DNA from: an uncultured delta proteobacterium | Lineage (GTDB): Bacteria > Desulfobacterota > Desulfarculia > JACQYL01 > CAWGVV01 | DNA: 64,000 nucleotides | Reading direction: 5' to 3' | NCBI GenBank assembly: GCA_963826125.1 | Contig: CAWGVV010000002.1 | Span: 137,305 to 201,304, forward strand | In this document: in pieces, positions 50,865 to 60,681 of the stretch | How positions within the stretch are numbered: position 1 is the first letter of the stretch | Layout: each line of letters opens with the position of its first letter | Translations under genes and position numbers: made by a program | The notes under the pieces: model-generated | Told to the model about the DNA's origin: nothing | What the model saw: only the letters and a program-made list of their open reading frames with translations | The model's database searches: none

Positions 50865-51797
50865 ATGTCCTGGAATTTCTATCTGCCCATCGCAGGGCAC
50901 AGCCTCAACGTTTTCCTGTTGCTGGGCCTGGGAGCCGCGGTCGGCTTCCTTTCAGGCCTCACCGGGGTAGGGGGAGGCTTTCTCATGACCCCCCTCCTGA
51001 TCATGGCCGGTATCCCTCCCACCATTGCGGCCGCCTCGGATTCCAATCAGATCGTGGCGGCAACCACTTCCGGCAGCTATGCCCACTACCGCATGGGCAA
51101 CGTGGACCTCAAAATGGGGGTTATCCTCCTGACCGGGGGGTTCCTGGGCGGCACAGTGGGAGTGCAGATTATTAAGATTCTGCGCAGTCTGGGGGATGCC
51201 GACTTTTTCATTAAAGTGACCTACGTGGTCATGCTCACCCTGGTCGGCTCCTACATGCTCATGGAAAGCATTCGCTGCCGGCGGAGAGAAGCCTGCGGTG
51301 TCGACCTTTCCTCCGAGCCCCCGACGGTTTCCCGGTTCCGCCGGTTCGTGGCGTCCCTCCCCGGACAAACCTACTTCGCCAAATCGGACGTGACCCTGCC
51401 GTTCATCCTGCCCTTTGTGGTGGGCGCGTTCGTGGGCACGCTGGCCGCCGTAATGGGGTTGGGCGGGGGATTCATCATGGTGCCGCTGATGTGCTACGTA
51501 CTGAACATGCCCATGCACGTGGTGGTGGGCACCAACCTCTTTCAGGAGGTGTTCGTCTGCGCCAACGTAACCATCATGCAGGCCGCCTCCAACCACACCG
51601 TGGATCTTATCCTGGCCCTCATGCTGCTTATCGGTTCCAGCATCGGCGCTCAGCTGGGAGCCAAATTCAGCCTGCGGCTCAAGGCGGACCACCTCAAGAC
51701 GCTGCTGGCCTGCATCGTGCTGGCGGTCATGATCAAAATTCTGCTGGGGCTGCTCCTCACTCCCCACTACATGCTCGACTTCAAAGGCGGAGAGTGA
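50865..51797 (+). CDS. Sulfite exporter TauE/SafE family protein
   Basis: FYLPIAG, GVGGGFLMTP, GNVD and MGLGGGFIMVP motifs. Confidence 0.92.
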   Translation: MSWNFYLPIAGHSLNVFLLLGLGAAVGFLSGLTGVGGGFLMTPLLIMAGIPPTIAAASDSNQIVAATTSGSYAHYRMGNVDLKMGVILLTGGFLGGTVGVQIIKILRSLGDADFFIKVTYVVMLTLVGSYMLMESIRCRRREACGVDLSSEPPTVSRFRRFVASLPGQTYFAKSDVTLPFILPFVVGAFVGTLAAVMGLGGGFIMVPLMCYVLNMPMHVVVGTNLFQEVFVCANVTIMQAASNHTVDLILALMLLIGSSIGAQLGAKFSLRLKADHLKTLLACIVLAVMIKILLGLLLTPHYMLDFKGGE

Positions 51798-51798
51798 G

Positions 51799-52572
51799 AT
51801 GGCGCTTTTCAGGAGATTCGGACTCGTCATCATTCTGGGCCTGATCGTGCTCTCGGTGCTTTCCTCTCCCGCCGGGGCCTCGGCCGGAGATTTGAAGATC
51901 GAGCCGGAGGTGGTGAAGATATCCTCTTTCTTTTCCGGCGTTACGATGCACATCACCGGGGACATTCCCCCGGGCAGCCAGGCGGTATTGCGCGTACGAG
52001 GCAAGCGGATCGAAGAGGAGCTGATGCGCAAGGCCCACCACTGGGACGTGTGGATGAACAGCGGCGAGGTGGACATCATCCGCGCCCCGCGGCTCTATTT
52101 CGTGCTGAGCAGCGATCCCGGATTGATCGGCCCCCACGACAGCGATTTCCCTTGGGAATATGACGAAGTGGCCAAGGAAGCCACGGTCAGTGGAAAACTC
52201 AATCCGTCGGAGCGCAACGCCATTTTCAAGGAGTTCGTGGAGTTGAAAGAACGGGACCATCTCTATCGCCTTTTCCCGGGCGGCCTGAAAATCGATCGGG
52301 ACGGCGACCGCTGGCGGGCGGAAGCCGACGTCCGACTGCCTTCCCGCCTCATACCCGGCACCTACCACGTGGCGCTGTGGGCAGTACGGGACGGAAAGGA
52401 AATCGAGCGGCACGATGCGCTTTTTGAAGCTCGACGGGAAGGGCTGCCGGAATTCCTGCACTCAATGGCCGTGGGGCACGGGGTGGTGTACGGTTTTCTG
52501 GCCGTGGCCATCGCCATGGTGGTGGGCATGATCACCGGACTGGCCTTCCACCGCAAGGGCGGAGGCCATTGA
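51799..52572 (+). CDS. TIGR02186-family membrane protein
   Basis: Signal/TM; ISSFFSG, WMN, LY, PGTY motifs; C-terminal TM YGFLAVAIA; typical partner of this TauE subtype. Confidence 0.8.
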   Translation: MALFRRFGLVIILGLIVLSVLSSPAGASAGDLKIEPEVVKISSFFSGVTMHITGDIPPGSQAVLRVRGKRIEEELMRKAHHWDVWMNSGEVDIIRAPRLYFVLSSDPGLIGPHDSDFPWEYDEVAKEATVSGKLNPSERNAIFKEFVELKERDHLYRLFPGGLKIDRDGDRWRAEADVRLPSRLIPGTYHVALWAVRDGKEIERHDALFEARREGLPEFLHSMAVGHGVVYGFLAVAIAMVVGMITGLAFHRKGGGH

Positions 52573-52632
52573 TTCACCGTCCGCCGGAAACGCAAACGGT
52601 TCGAACAACGCAAAGCACCGATAGGAGTGTGC

Positions 52633-53460
52633 ATGGCAATCATAACGATTTCACGAGGGTCCTACAGCAAGGGGAAAGAGGTGGCCGAAAAGGTCGCGGA
52701 GACGTTGGGCTATGAATGCATCTCCCGGGAAATACTCCTGGAAGCCTCGGAACATTTCAACATCCCCGAGATCAAGCTCCTGCGCGCCCTGCACGACGCC
52801 CCCTCCATCCTGGAGCGTTTCACCTACGGCAAGGAGCGTTACCTGACCTACATCTCCGCGGCGATGCTGGAGAAAGTCCATGGAGACAACGTGGTCTATC
52901 ACGGGCTGGCCGGCCAGTTCATGCTGAAGGGCGTTTCCCACGTGCTCAAGGTGCGAATCCTGGCCGACATGGAAGACCGCGTGACACTGGAGATGGCGCG
53001 GGATCGCGTAAGCCGGGAGGAGGCGCTGGAACGGCTGCACAAGGACGACGAGGAGCGGAGGAAATGGAGCCTCCATCTTTTCGGGATGGATACTTCGAAC
53101 CCCGGCCTCTACGACCTCGTGCTGCACGTGCACAAACTGAACGTGGACAACGCGGTGGACATCATCTGCAAGACCGCCCGTCTGGAGCAGTTCAAGACGA
53201 CTCCGCGATCGCAGGCGGCCCTGGACAACCTGCTGCTGGCGGCGAGAGTCAAGGCCGTGCTGATGCACGACTACCCCATGGTGCAGACCACTGCCGAGGA
53301 CGGGGTCGTGACCGTGGACGCGCGATTCAACGTTACCGAGGAACCGGGGCTGGTGGAGAAAATCAAAAGAATGGCCGAGCAGGTGCCGGGGGTGAAGGAT
53401 GTCCGCATGCACGCCCTGCCGGTGAGCGCCTATGCGTGCGGTTCCTGCGGCGAAGAATAA
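52633..53460 (+). CDS. Cytidylate kinase-like family protein with C-terminal BON domain
   Basis: AIITISRGSYSKG, NVVYHG, YDLVL; BON-like VQTTAEDGVVTV..VPGVKDV. Confidence 0.85.
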   Translation: MAIITISRGSYSKGKEVAEKVAETLGYECISREILLEASEHFNIPEIKLLRALHDAPSILERFTYGKERYLTYISAAMLEKVHGDNVVYHGLAGQFMLKGVSHVLKVRILADMEDRVTLEMARDRVSREEALERLHKDDEERRKWSLHLFGMDTSNPGLYDLVLHVHKLNVDNAVDIICKTARLEQFKTTPRSQAALDNLLLAARVKAVLMHDYPMVQTTAEDGVVTVDARFNVTEEPGLVEKIKRMAEQVPGVKDVRMHALPVSAYACGSCGEE

Positions 53461-53508
53461 GGCAAGGCGGGAATTCCCTCCCGGACATGCCGCACCGGCA
53501 TGCCCGGT

Positions 53509-53862
53509 TCAACTTTCGCTCCGCTCCACGTATTCCTTGAGCGCCGCCGCGTTATTGATGGTGGGCTCCTTGGAGCTGTACAGAAAGGTCACCGTGCCCG
53601 TGCCCATGGCTTCCCGGAGCTGCCGCACACCCTCGGGGACTCCATCCAGTTCGGCGAAATAGCGGGCGCGGAACTCGTCCCACTTGGCCGGATCGTGGCC
53701 GTACCACTTGCGCAGTTCGTTGGAAGGGGAAATTTCCTTGGCCCAGAAGTCCAGGGCGGCCTTCTCCTTGGTCAACCCGCGCGGCCACAGCCGGTCCACC
53801 AGGATGCGTTTGCCGTCTGTTGCTTCCGGCACTTCGTACACTCGTTTCATGCGAATGTGCAT
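53509..53862 (-). CDS. DUF488 (YeaO-like) protein
   Basis: KRVYE..DGKRILVDRLWPRG..SPSNELRKWYGH. Confidence 0.92.
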   Translation of the reverse strand: MHIRMKRVYEVPEATDGKRILVDRLWPRGLTKEKAALDFWAKEISPSNELRKWYGHDPAKWDEFRARYFAELDGVPEGVRQLREAMGTGTVTFLYSSKEPTINNAAALKEYVERSES

Positions 53863-53956
53863 GGTTGTCTCCGTCGCGTCCAATTGAACCGGACCGTTCG
53901 GCTTCGATACTCAACTAACAGCGAACTCCTTCGACGGGCAGGGTGGTTTCCCCGAT

Positions 53957-54030
53957 GCACAGGCGAGGCGCCTGTGCTCCACGTAAATTGTCCTGGTGAA
54001 ACGATCCGCTTGTGGAGCACAACTGTGTGC
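53957..54030. repeat. Inverted pair of GTGGAGCACA-headed REP-like palindromes
   Basis: Minus strand GTGGAGCACAGGCGCCTCGCCTGTGC (53982-53957); plus strand GTGGAGCACAACTGTGTGC (54012-54030). Confidence 0.65.
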
Positions 54031-54429
54031 AATTTCTCTCTACCGCTCGAATGACAATTCGCGGATACACGCGGACACCTGCTTCTTCTTCACGCCTTGC
54101 CACGCCAACGGCGGGGCTTACTTCGCTCAGTCCGAACGATCAAAGATGTCCTCGGCCGAAAGCTATTCCGTTCGCCCGGCCTGACGAGAAAACGCTTCCC
54201 GGAATTCCCCGAAGAACCATTGCCAAGCGACCGTTCCAGCCTCCCCCGGCACAGGCGCATCCGCACCCGCTATCGCTCTGCAACGGAGGAGTAAAGCTCT
54301 TACCCTTCTGAGAGGGCGCCCCGGAGACAGGGCTCTCCCCGGCGTCGTTCAAAGCGATTTCCGCTGCGAAGACGCAGTACGGGAACGGCGATTGCCGTGG
54401 ATACCGCCCCGCAAGGGCTCGGACCTTCA

Positions 54430-54621
54430 TCAACCTTTCTTGTCGGACTGCAGCACCCCCGCGACGGACATATTGTCTTTCGACATTTCGGAGAGGATGA
54501 TCCGTACGGTTTCGGGTTTCACGTCGACTGATTTCACGATGGCGTCGGTCACGTTTTTCACCAGCGTCCGCTTCTGTTCCAACGTCCTTCCTTCGAACAG
54601 TTCAATGTGCACGATGGGCAT
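54430..54621 (-). CDS. 4-oxalocrotonate tautomerase family protein
   Basis: M-P-IVHIELFEGRTLEQK (catalytic Pro1, Arg11), 63 aa. Confidence 0.93.
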   Translation of the reverse strand: MPIVHIELFEGRTLEQKRTLVKNVTDAIVKSVDVKPETVRIILSEMSKDNMSVAGVLQSDKKG

Positions 54622-54766
54622 GGATTTCCCTTTCCCGAGGTTTGGCGGAATTGCTCCGTTCATATTCACCTTGGCATCCATCTCCGCATCCGTCAACCCG
54701 CTCGGACGCGCATCCGCGGTGCACGGCACGGCGAGGGTTTCCCGTACCTCGATCGTTTCCGGCTTG

Positions 54767-57346
54767 CTACCGGAGGCCCATGATGCGGTAAATGCGGTCC
54801 AGACGGATGCTCCGCCGCACCACATCGGCCAGCCGGTCAAGGGCGGGTTCCAGGTCGTACACCGCCATGATCCGTCCCAGGGGAGGGAGTCCCCGGCGTT
54901 GGCGGAGCCGGTCGATGAACCAGCGCCGGAAGCCGTCGGCGTCGAAAACGCCGTGAAGGTACGTTCCCCAGATCATCCCGTTTTCACGACCCACGCCGAT
55001 GGTTTCGCCGTCTTCTCGCCGAATGACGGGATCGAACCCGGCGGAGTCGGTGCGGCCGTGATGAATTTCGTAGCCGAAGATGTCCTGCCCCGTGGGCAGA
55101 TGTTTGGCCCGGACGGGCGCCAGGGTCTTTTCGCGCTCCAGCACCGTGGTCAGCGGCAGCAGCCCCAGACCTTCCAGGTCGCGGCCGTCGGACTCGATGC
55201 CGTATGGGTCGGAGATGTCGCCCCCCAGAATCTGGAACCCTCCGCACACTCCCACGATTTCGGCTTTTCCCTCCCCCGCCAGTCCGAGCAGCTTTCGGTC
55301 CAGGCCGGTTTCCTTCAGATAGAGCAGATCGCCGATAACGTTTTTGCTCCCCGGAATGATCACGGCGTCGGGACGATCCAGGTCCGCCACGTTTCGAACG
55401 ATGCGGAGGTTCACGTCGGGTTCCATGCGCAGCGAATCGAAGTCGGTGAAATTGGAGATGTGGGGCAGGTCGACCACGGCGATCTCGACCCCCTCCTTCT
55501 CCCCACGGGGACGGTCGAAATCGCCGCTTTTGAAGCTGACCGAATCCTCCTCCGGCAGGCCGTGATCCTTGATATAGGGGACGGTCCCCAGCACCGGCAA
55601 CCCGGTGTGCCGCTCGGTATAGACAAAGGCGTCTTCCAGCAACTGCTCGCGGCCTCGGAACCGGTTGACGATGAAGCCGGCCACCAGTTTGCGTTCCCAT
55701 TCCGCCAGGACTTCCATGGTCCCGATGAACGAGGCGAAAACCCCTCCCCGGTCGATGTCCCCCACCAGAAGCGCGGGGGCTTCGGCGTATTCGGCCATGC
55801 GCATGTTGACGATGTCGTGGTGCTTCAGGTTCACTTCGGCCGGGCTGCCCGCTCCCTCCAGCAGAACGGCGTCGTACTCGCTCGACAGTGAATCGTAGGC
55901 TTCCCGGACCTTTTCAAACGCCGTGGGCTTGTAGTCGATGTACTGGTTCACGTCCATGTTGCCCACGGGCCGGCCGAGGACGATCACCTGGGAACCGGTG
56001 TCGCTGCTCGGTTTGAGCAACACCGGGTTCATGCGAACGTCCGGGTCCAGCCGGGCGGCCTGGGCCTGGACCACCTGGGCACGCCCCATCTCGCCGCCGT
56101 CACGGGTGACGAAGGAATTGAGCGACATGTTCTGGGCCTTGAACGGGGCCACCCGATAGCCGTCCTGCAGCAGGATCCGGCACAGGGCGGCCGTGAGCAC
56201 GCTTTTGCCCGCGTTGGAACTGACGCCCTGGAGCATGAGCGCCGGGGTTTTCCTTCGTTTCACCACGGCGGCCGAACGGCCGGACAACTCGGAAGAAAGA
56301 GCTTCCGCCAGCCGCCGGTTTTCCCGCTCCGACCGGACCGCCACGCGAAAAAAGCGATGGTCCAAGCCTTCGTAGTTATCGCAGACCCGTATGGCGATGC
56401 CACGGGCGAGCATCCGCTGCGCCAGGTCGCTCGCCTTGAGGTCGGGGCGATCCAGCCGCGCAAAGAGGAAATTGGCTTCGCCGGGGTAGATGGTGAGGCG
56501 GGGAATCTCCGCCAGCAGGTCGTGCAAGAGCTTCCGCTGCTCCACGACCAGACGCCGGGAGCGTTCCTCGTACTCCGCGTCCTTCAAAGCGGCTTCGCCG
56601 ACCCGCTGGGCCAGCGTATTGACCGTCCAGGGCGGCAGGATCTCCCTCACCTTCGATGCCCATTGCCGGTCCAGGACGGCGGCACCCAGGCGCAAGCCGG
56701 GAACGGCGTAAAACTTGGTGAATGACCGGAGCACGACCACGTTGGAGGGGCGGTGAGCGGTCAAACTTTCCAGGCCGTCCACGAAATCGGCAAAGGCCTC
56801 GTCCACCAGGAAGAACGTTTCGGGATGTCCCGCGGCCAGTTCCCGCAGAGCGCGCGGATCGACAGTGAGTCCCGTGGGATTGTTCGGCTGTCCCAGAATC
56901 ACCAGTTCGCCCCCGGCGAGCAGAGGCGCCAGTTCCGCGGGGTCGAGCCTGAACCCGTTTTCCTCTTTCAGAGCGTGGTATCGGACCGGCAATCCGGCCA
57001 GCGTTGCCGCCCGTCCATAGTCCACGTACGCCGGGACGGCGATAAGGGCCCTGGACACCGGCAGCACTCGGGGGATGAGGTACAGCAATTCGGTGGAACC
57101 GTTCCCCGGTAGGACCTCTTCACCGGCCGCCCCGTAGCGCGAAGCCACGGCTTCCGTCAGCCGGGTACAGTCGGGGTCGGGATAGTGGACCAGGGAGGAG
57201 AGGTGGGAGCTGACCAGGGGCCGGAGCCACTCCGGCGGCCCCAGCGGGTTGATGTTCGCCGAAAAATCCAGAATATGATCCGGTTCCACGCCCGCTTCGC
57301 GGGCCAACCGTTCGATGTTGCCGCCGTGTCCGAATGTCGCCGCCAT
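54767..57346 (-). CDS. cobQ: Threonine-phosphate decarboxylase (CobD) - cobyric acid synthase (CobQ) fusion
   Basis: N-half: [39 protein letters not shown]-half: [47 protein letters not shown]. Confidence 0.95.
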   Translation of the reverse strand: MAATFGHGGNIERLAREAGVEPDHILDFSANINPLGPPEWLRPLVSSHLSSLVHYPDPDCTRLTEAVASRYGAAGEEVLPGNGSTELLYLIPRVLPVSRALIAVPAYVDYGRAATLAGLPVRYHALKEENGFRLDPAELAPLLAGGELVILGQPNNPTGLTVDPRALRELAAGHPETFFLVDEAFADFVDGLESLTAHRPSNVVVLRSFTKFYAVPGLRLGAAVLDRQWASKVREILPPWTVNTLAQRVGEAALKDAEYEERSRRLVVEQRKLLHDLLAEIPRLTIYPGEANFLFARLDRPDLKASDLAQRMLARGIAIRVCDNYEGLDHRFFRVAVRSERENRRLAEALSSELSGRSAAVVKRRKTPALMLQGVSSNAGKSVLTAALCRILLQDGYRVAPFKAQNMSLNSFVTRDGGEMGRAQVVQAQAARLDPDVRMNPVLLKPSSDTGSQVIVLGRPVGNMDVNQYIDYKPTAFEKVREAYDSLSSEYDAVLLEGAGSPAEVNLKHHDIVNMRMAEYAEAPALLVGDIDRGGVFASFIGTMEVLAEWERKLVAGFIVNRFRGREQLLEDAFVYTERHTGLPVLGTVPYIKDHGLPEEDSVSFKSGDFDRPRGEKEGVEIAVVDLPHISNFTDFDSLRMEPDVNLRIVRNVADLDRPDAVIIPGSKNVIGDLLYLKETGLDRKLLGLAGEGKAEIVGVCGGFQILGGDISDPYGIESDGRDLEGLGLLPLTTVLEREKTLAPVRAKHLPTGQDIFGYEIHHGRTDSAGFDPVIRREDGETIGVGRENGMIWGTYLHGVFDADGFRRWFIDRLRQRRGLPPLGRIMAVYDLEPALDRLADVVRRSIRLDRIYRIMGLR

Positions 57347-57454
57347 GTCTCGATTCCCATACGTCCAATAAAAATCCCCGAAACCGATCGAAGGTTTCGG
57401 GGATACCGTTTATTATCCGCCCTTGTGCGCAACGCTCTCCCTCGAAAGCATTGC

Positions 57455-57625
57455 AGCTCTCCACCGGCCAGGTCTTCTGACTCCCGGATCGACCTACTCG
57501 CCGCGCCTTCCCGGCCGTTCGGCCAGTGACGTGATGCGGTTTTCGTCCCCGGTTACAGCGGCGGGTCCGTGCCGGACTTTCACCGGCTTCCCTGCTCGAT
57601 CCCCACGGGATCGCCCCGGATGATG
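57455..57625 (-). ncRNA. Cobalamin riboswitch (boundaries approximate)
   Basis: Minus strand AGGGAAGCCGGTGAAAGTCCGGCACGGACCCGCCGCTGTAA...CACTG..GGGAAGG...AGTCAGAAGACCTGGCC (B12 box), upstream of cobD-cobQ. Confidence 0.95.
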
Positions 57626-57676
57626 CGGAGCAGAATAAAATCTCCCATGCGGAAAGTCAAAAAAAAGAAATGCATG

Positions 57677-57714
57677 GCCGATCCGCACGGGCGAGGGCGC
57701 CCGTGCGGATCGGC
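57677..57714. terminator. Perfect 17-bp stem-loop downstream of the TaoR-like gene
   Basis: GCCGATCCGCACGGGCG-AGGG-CGCCCGTGCGGATCGGC, with a T-rich tract after it on the minus strand. Confidence 0.65.
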
Positions 57715-57747
57715 AAAGGAAGGATGTGCGCACCCAATTTACGACCC

Positions 57748-57777
57748 GTGGAGCACAGCCGCCCCCGGCTGTGTTCC
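57748..57777 (+). repeat. GTGGAGCACA-headed REP-like palindrome
   Basis: GTGGAGCACAGCCG-CCCC-CGGCTGTGTTCC. Confidence 0.6.
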
Positions 57778-57780
57778 GGT

Positions 57781-58899
57781 TTACCGTATTTCTTCTATGG
57801 TCTTGCCGGTCTGCGACGGTTCGTATCCCGGAACCGAAGCGAGTTCCTCCCGCAACCCCCGCGACTGAAGCGCGTCCAGCACGACCCGGATGGTGGGATG
57901 TTCGAGCAGGTCGCCGGGGATGACGAGGTCGCAGCGCACCACGGCCACCGGAACGAACCCGAGGCCGAACGTTTGCGCTATCGAATGAAATCCCAACGCC
58001 GCGTCCGCCAACCCGAAGGCCACTTTCTGCGCGCCTTCGTCGTGCGTGCGCGCCTCCTGATCGTACCCGTTCACCGCTTCGGGGGGGATACCGTTTTTCA
58101 AAAGCTCGTCGTCCAGGAGAATCCTGAGCGCCGCCCCCGGTTCCCGATTCACGAATCGAACGGCTTTCGAAGCGAGGTCGGCCACCGTGCGAATCCGGTG
58201 AGGGTTGCCCGGCGCGACCATCAATCCCTCCTCCATCAGCGAAAACCCTACCACCACGCCGCCCAGCCCGGCGAGCCTTTGGCGGGCGAGCGTTACGTTG
58301 GAATCCGATCCGGGACGGTTGTGCAGGTGGGTACCCGCAATATGGGCGTGCCCCGCGGCAAGACCGCCCAGCGCACGATGGCTGGAAGCGAAGCGCCAGG
58401 CGACCCGCGCCGCCGGGGCGATGCGGGACACGTGCGCCGCCAGGAGAGAAAAGGCCGGATCGCAGCCCAGCAATAGAACGGTGTTGTCCAGGTATTCGGG
58501 GGAAGCGAACAGCCGTACTTCCCCGTCTCCTTCCAGCATCCCGTCCGCCGTGGGCAGTCCCCGGACCAGCGAGTACCGTCCCCCCACGGGGTGGCCCACC
58601 AGCCGACCGCGCACCCTGAACACTGAAACACGGGAGGAAGCAGCGCCGGTTTCTTCCGCCATCACCACGGGTTGCCGCGCGGGCCGGTCGTCTTCGACAA
58701 AGAGGTCCTCAACGAGGCAGTCAAGGTGCCGCGCCAGCCGCAGGGATATTTCGGTGTTGGGCAGGTAGCGGCCGGACTCGATGTCGTAAATCGCCTGGCG
58801 TTTCACTCCCACCAGTTCGGCCAGCCGGCTTTGGGACAGCCCTCGCGACTGCCGCACCTGTTTCAGCCGGCAAATAACGTTTCCATGAGAGGTATTCAC
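57781..58899 (-). CDS. XRE-HTH plus molybdate/tungstate PBP-like domain regulator (TaoR-like)
   Basis: LSQSRLAELVGVKRQAIYDIESGRYLP HTH; GCDPA, HIAGTHL, GLMVAPGNP and FVNREPGAALR motifs. Confidence 0.85.
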   Translation of the reverse strand: MNTSHGNVICRLKQVRQSRGLSQSRLAELVGVKRQAIYDIESGRYLPNTEISLRLARHLDCLVEDLFVEDDRPARQPVVMAEETGAASSRVSVFRVRGRLVGHPVGGRYSLVRGLPTADGMLEGDGEVRLFASPEYLDNTVLLLGCDPAFSLLAAHVSRIAPAARVAWRFASSHRALGGLAAGHAHIAGTHLHNRPGSDSNVTLARQRLAGLGGVVVGFSLMEEGLMVAPGNPHRIRTVADLASKAVRFVNREPGAALRILLDDELLKNGIPPEAVNGYDQEARTHDEGAQKVAFGLADAALGFHSIAQTFGLGFVPVAVVRCDLVIPGDLLEHPTIRVVLDALQSRGLREELASVPGYEPSQTGKTIEEIR

Positions 58900-58945
58900 G
58901 AAAACCCTCCACCACGCCTGGGTTGCATATGGTGAGCCGCATGTA

Positions 58946-58989
58946 GTCTATAAAATTCTATTGACAGCTATACACGTCATAGGTAGTTT
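58946..58989 (+). promoter_or_regulatory. Palindromic operator overlapping the sigma-70 promoter of DUF364-modAB
   Basis: GTCTATAAAATTCTATTGAC (16/20 self-complementary); -35 TTGACA at 58961, 17-nt spacer, -10 TAGTTT at 58984. Confidence 0.7.
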
Positions 58990-59042
58990 GCAAACGTGAT
59001 TTGTTGTTTATAAATAGCACAAGAATGAGGCCGGGGACAGCA

Positions 59043-59765
59043 ATGAAAAGTTTCGACGGGATGAGAAAAGCATTCCTCGCCATGATCGAGGAGAACGGGG
59101 TCGGCGAAGCACCGGTTCGGGTGACGGTTCGCGGTTTGACGCCCACCGAAGCGCTGGGCACTCCCGAGGACCGGGACTATCCCCTGATCAAGGGGCGGGA
59201 ACGGCTCCTGGAGGCGGAAATCCTGGGCAGCCGGGGACAGGCGTTTACCGATACCCCCGGCGACTTTTCCGGCACGCTGCGGGAAGCGGCTGACCTGCCG
59301 TTGACCGACAACCACAATCAGGCGATTTTCATCGCCGCCCTGAACGGCCTGATGCGTCATCTGGGGCTCATCGAAAACACGGTGCACTGCAAGGACACCT
59401 CACCCCCTCAATGCGCCGCCGATCTGGTCGAGTACGTACGCAAGCAGTTCGGGAATCCGCGTATCGCCATGGTCGGTTTTCAACCGCGCATGGTGCAGGC
59501 GTTGGCCCAATCATTCGAACTGCGGGTTACCGATCTGGACGAGGACAACATCGGACAGGTGAAGTTCGGCGTAACGGTCCAGGGGCCCGATCGCACGCGG
59601 GAAAACATCGAATGGTGCGACATGGCGCTGATCACCGGGAGCACGACGGTCAACGACACCATGGACGAGCTATTGTCCGGGAAGCCCACCGTTTTCTTCG
59701 GCATCACCGTGGCCGGCCCGGCCGCACTGCTGAACCTGGCCAGATACTGCCCCTACAGTTCCTGA
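59043..59765 (+). CDS. DUF364 / Rossmann-like domain protein
   Basis: EALGTPEDRDYPLIKGRE, GQAFTD, TVHCKD, MVGFQP, TGSTTVN and FFGIT motifs. Confidence 0.8.
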   Translation: MKSFDGMRKAFLAMIEENGVGEAPVRVTVRGLTPTEALGTPEDRDYPLIKGRERLLEAEILGSRGQAFTDTPGDFSGTLREAADLPLTDNHNQAIFIAALNGLMRHLGLIENTVHCKDTSPPQCAADLVEYVRKQFGNPRIAMVGFQPRMVQALAQSFELRVTDLDEDNIGQVKFGVTVQGPDRTRENIEWCDMALITGSTTVNDTMDELLSGKPTVFFGITVAGPAALLNLARYCPYSS

Positions 59766-59806
59766 AAACCCTCTCTTGTCATGAAAAGCGGAAGATAAAG
59801 GAGACC

Positions 59807-60556
59807 ATGCTAGTGAAACGTTTGACCGCGGTGAAAATTTTTATCGGTATTGCGCTGATATTCCTCTGGGCCTCCGTCTCCGCCGCCGAGACGCTGACGC
59901 TGGGCGCCGGCGCGGGCTACAAACGAATGCTGGAGGGGGTCCTCAAGGCATACGAACAAACGACCGGGGCGAAAGTCGACCAGGTGTACGGACACATGGG
60001 CCAGGTCACCATGCAGGCCAAGGCCGGGGGAACCATCGGGGTCATTTTCGGGGAACTCTCCTTCCTGAAAGGTTCGAGCCTGGAATTCGCCGACTTCAAG
60101 GAACTCGGCCGCGGCGTTCTGGTGCTGGCCTATGGGAAAGAGGTCAAACTGACGTCACCCGAGGACCTCACCAAGCCCGACATCCGGAAAATCGCCATAC
60201 CTGACGCCAAACAGGCCACCTACGGCAAGGCCGCGTATGAATTTTTGAACAAGTCGGGGCTGGGCGAGAAAATAAAAGACAAGATCGTACCGGTAGGCGG
60301 CGTGCCGCAGGTGTCGTCCTACCTCATCAGCAAGGACGTGGAGGCGGGGTTCATCAACCTCACCGACGCCATTTACATCAAGGAGAAAATCGGCGGCTGG
60401 GTGGAGATTCCCACCACGGAATACGGGCCGATTCACTTGGTGCTCGGCGTCCTGAAGGGATTTGAAAACAAGCCCGAGGTGAAGCAGTTCACGGATTTCA
60501 TGACCACGAACGCCGAGGCAAAGGACATCATGAAAAAGAGCGGCCTGGGCAAGTAG
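59807..60556 (+). CDS. modA: Molybdate/tungstate ABC transporter substrate-binding protein
   Basis: Signal peptide; GAGAGYK, IAIPDAKQATYGKAA, VPQVSSY, GFINLTD; followed by modB. Confidence 0.85.
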   Translation: MLVKRLTAVKIFIGIALIFLWASVSAAETLTLGAGAGYKRMLEGVLKAYEQTTGAKVDQVYGHMGQVTMQAKAGGTIGVIFGELSFLKGSSLEFADFKELGRGVLVLAYGKEVKLTSPEDLTKPDIRKIAIPDAKQATYGKAAYEFLNKSGLGEKIKDKIVPVGGVPQVSSYLISKDVEAGFINLTDAIYIKEKIGGWVEIPTTEYGPIHLVLGVLKGFENKPEVKQFTDFMTTNAEAKDIMKKSGLGK

Positions 60557-60681
60557 CCGCTTTGCGCTCCCCCGCGAACATGCAGGAAAACGGAGGCGTG
60601 GTTCCTCTCCGGGAACCGCCTCCTTCCCCCCCGGGTGCAGCCATGCTCCCCTCCACTCCATCCATCGGGACGTAGACTACC

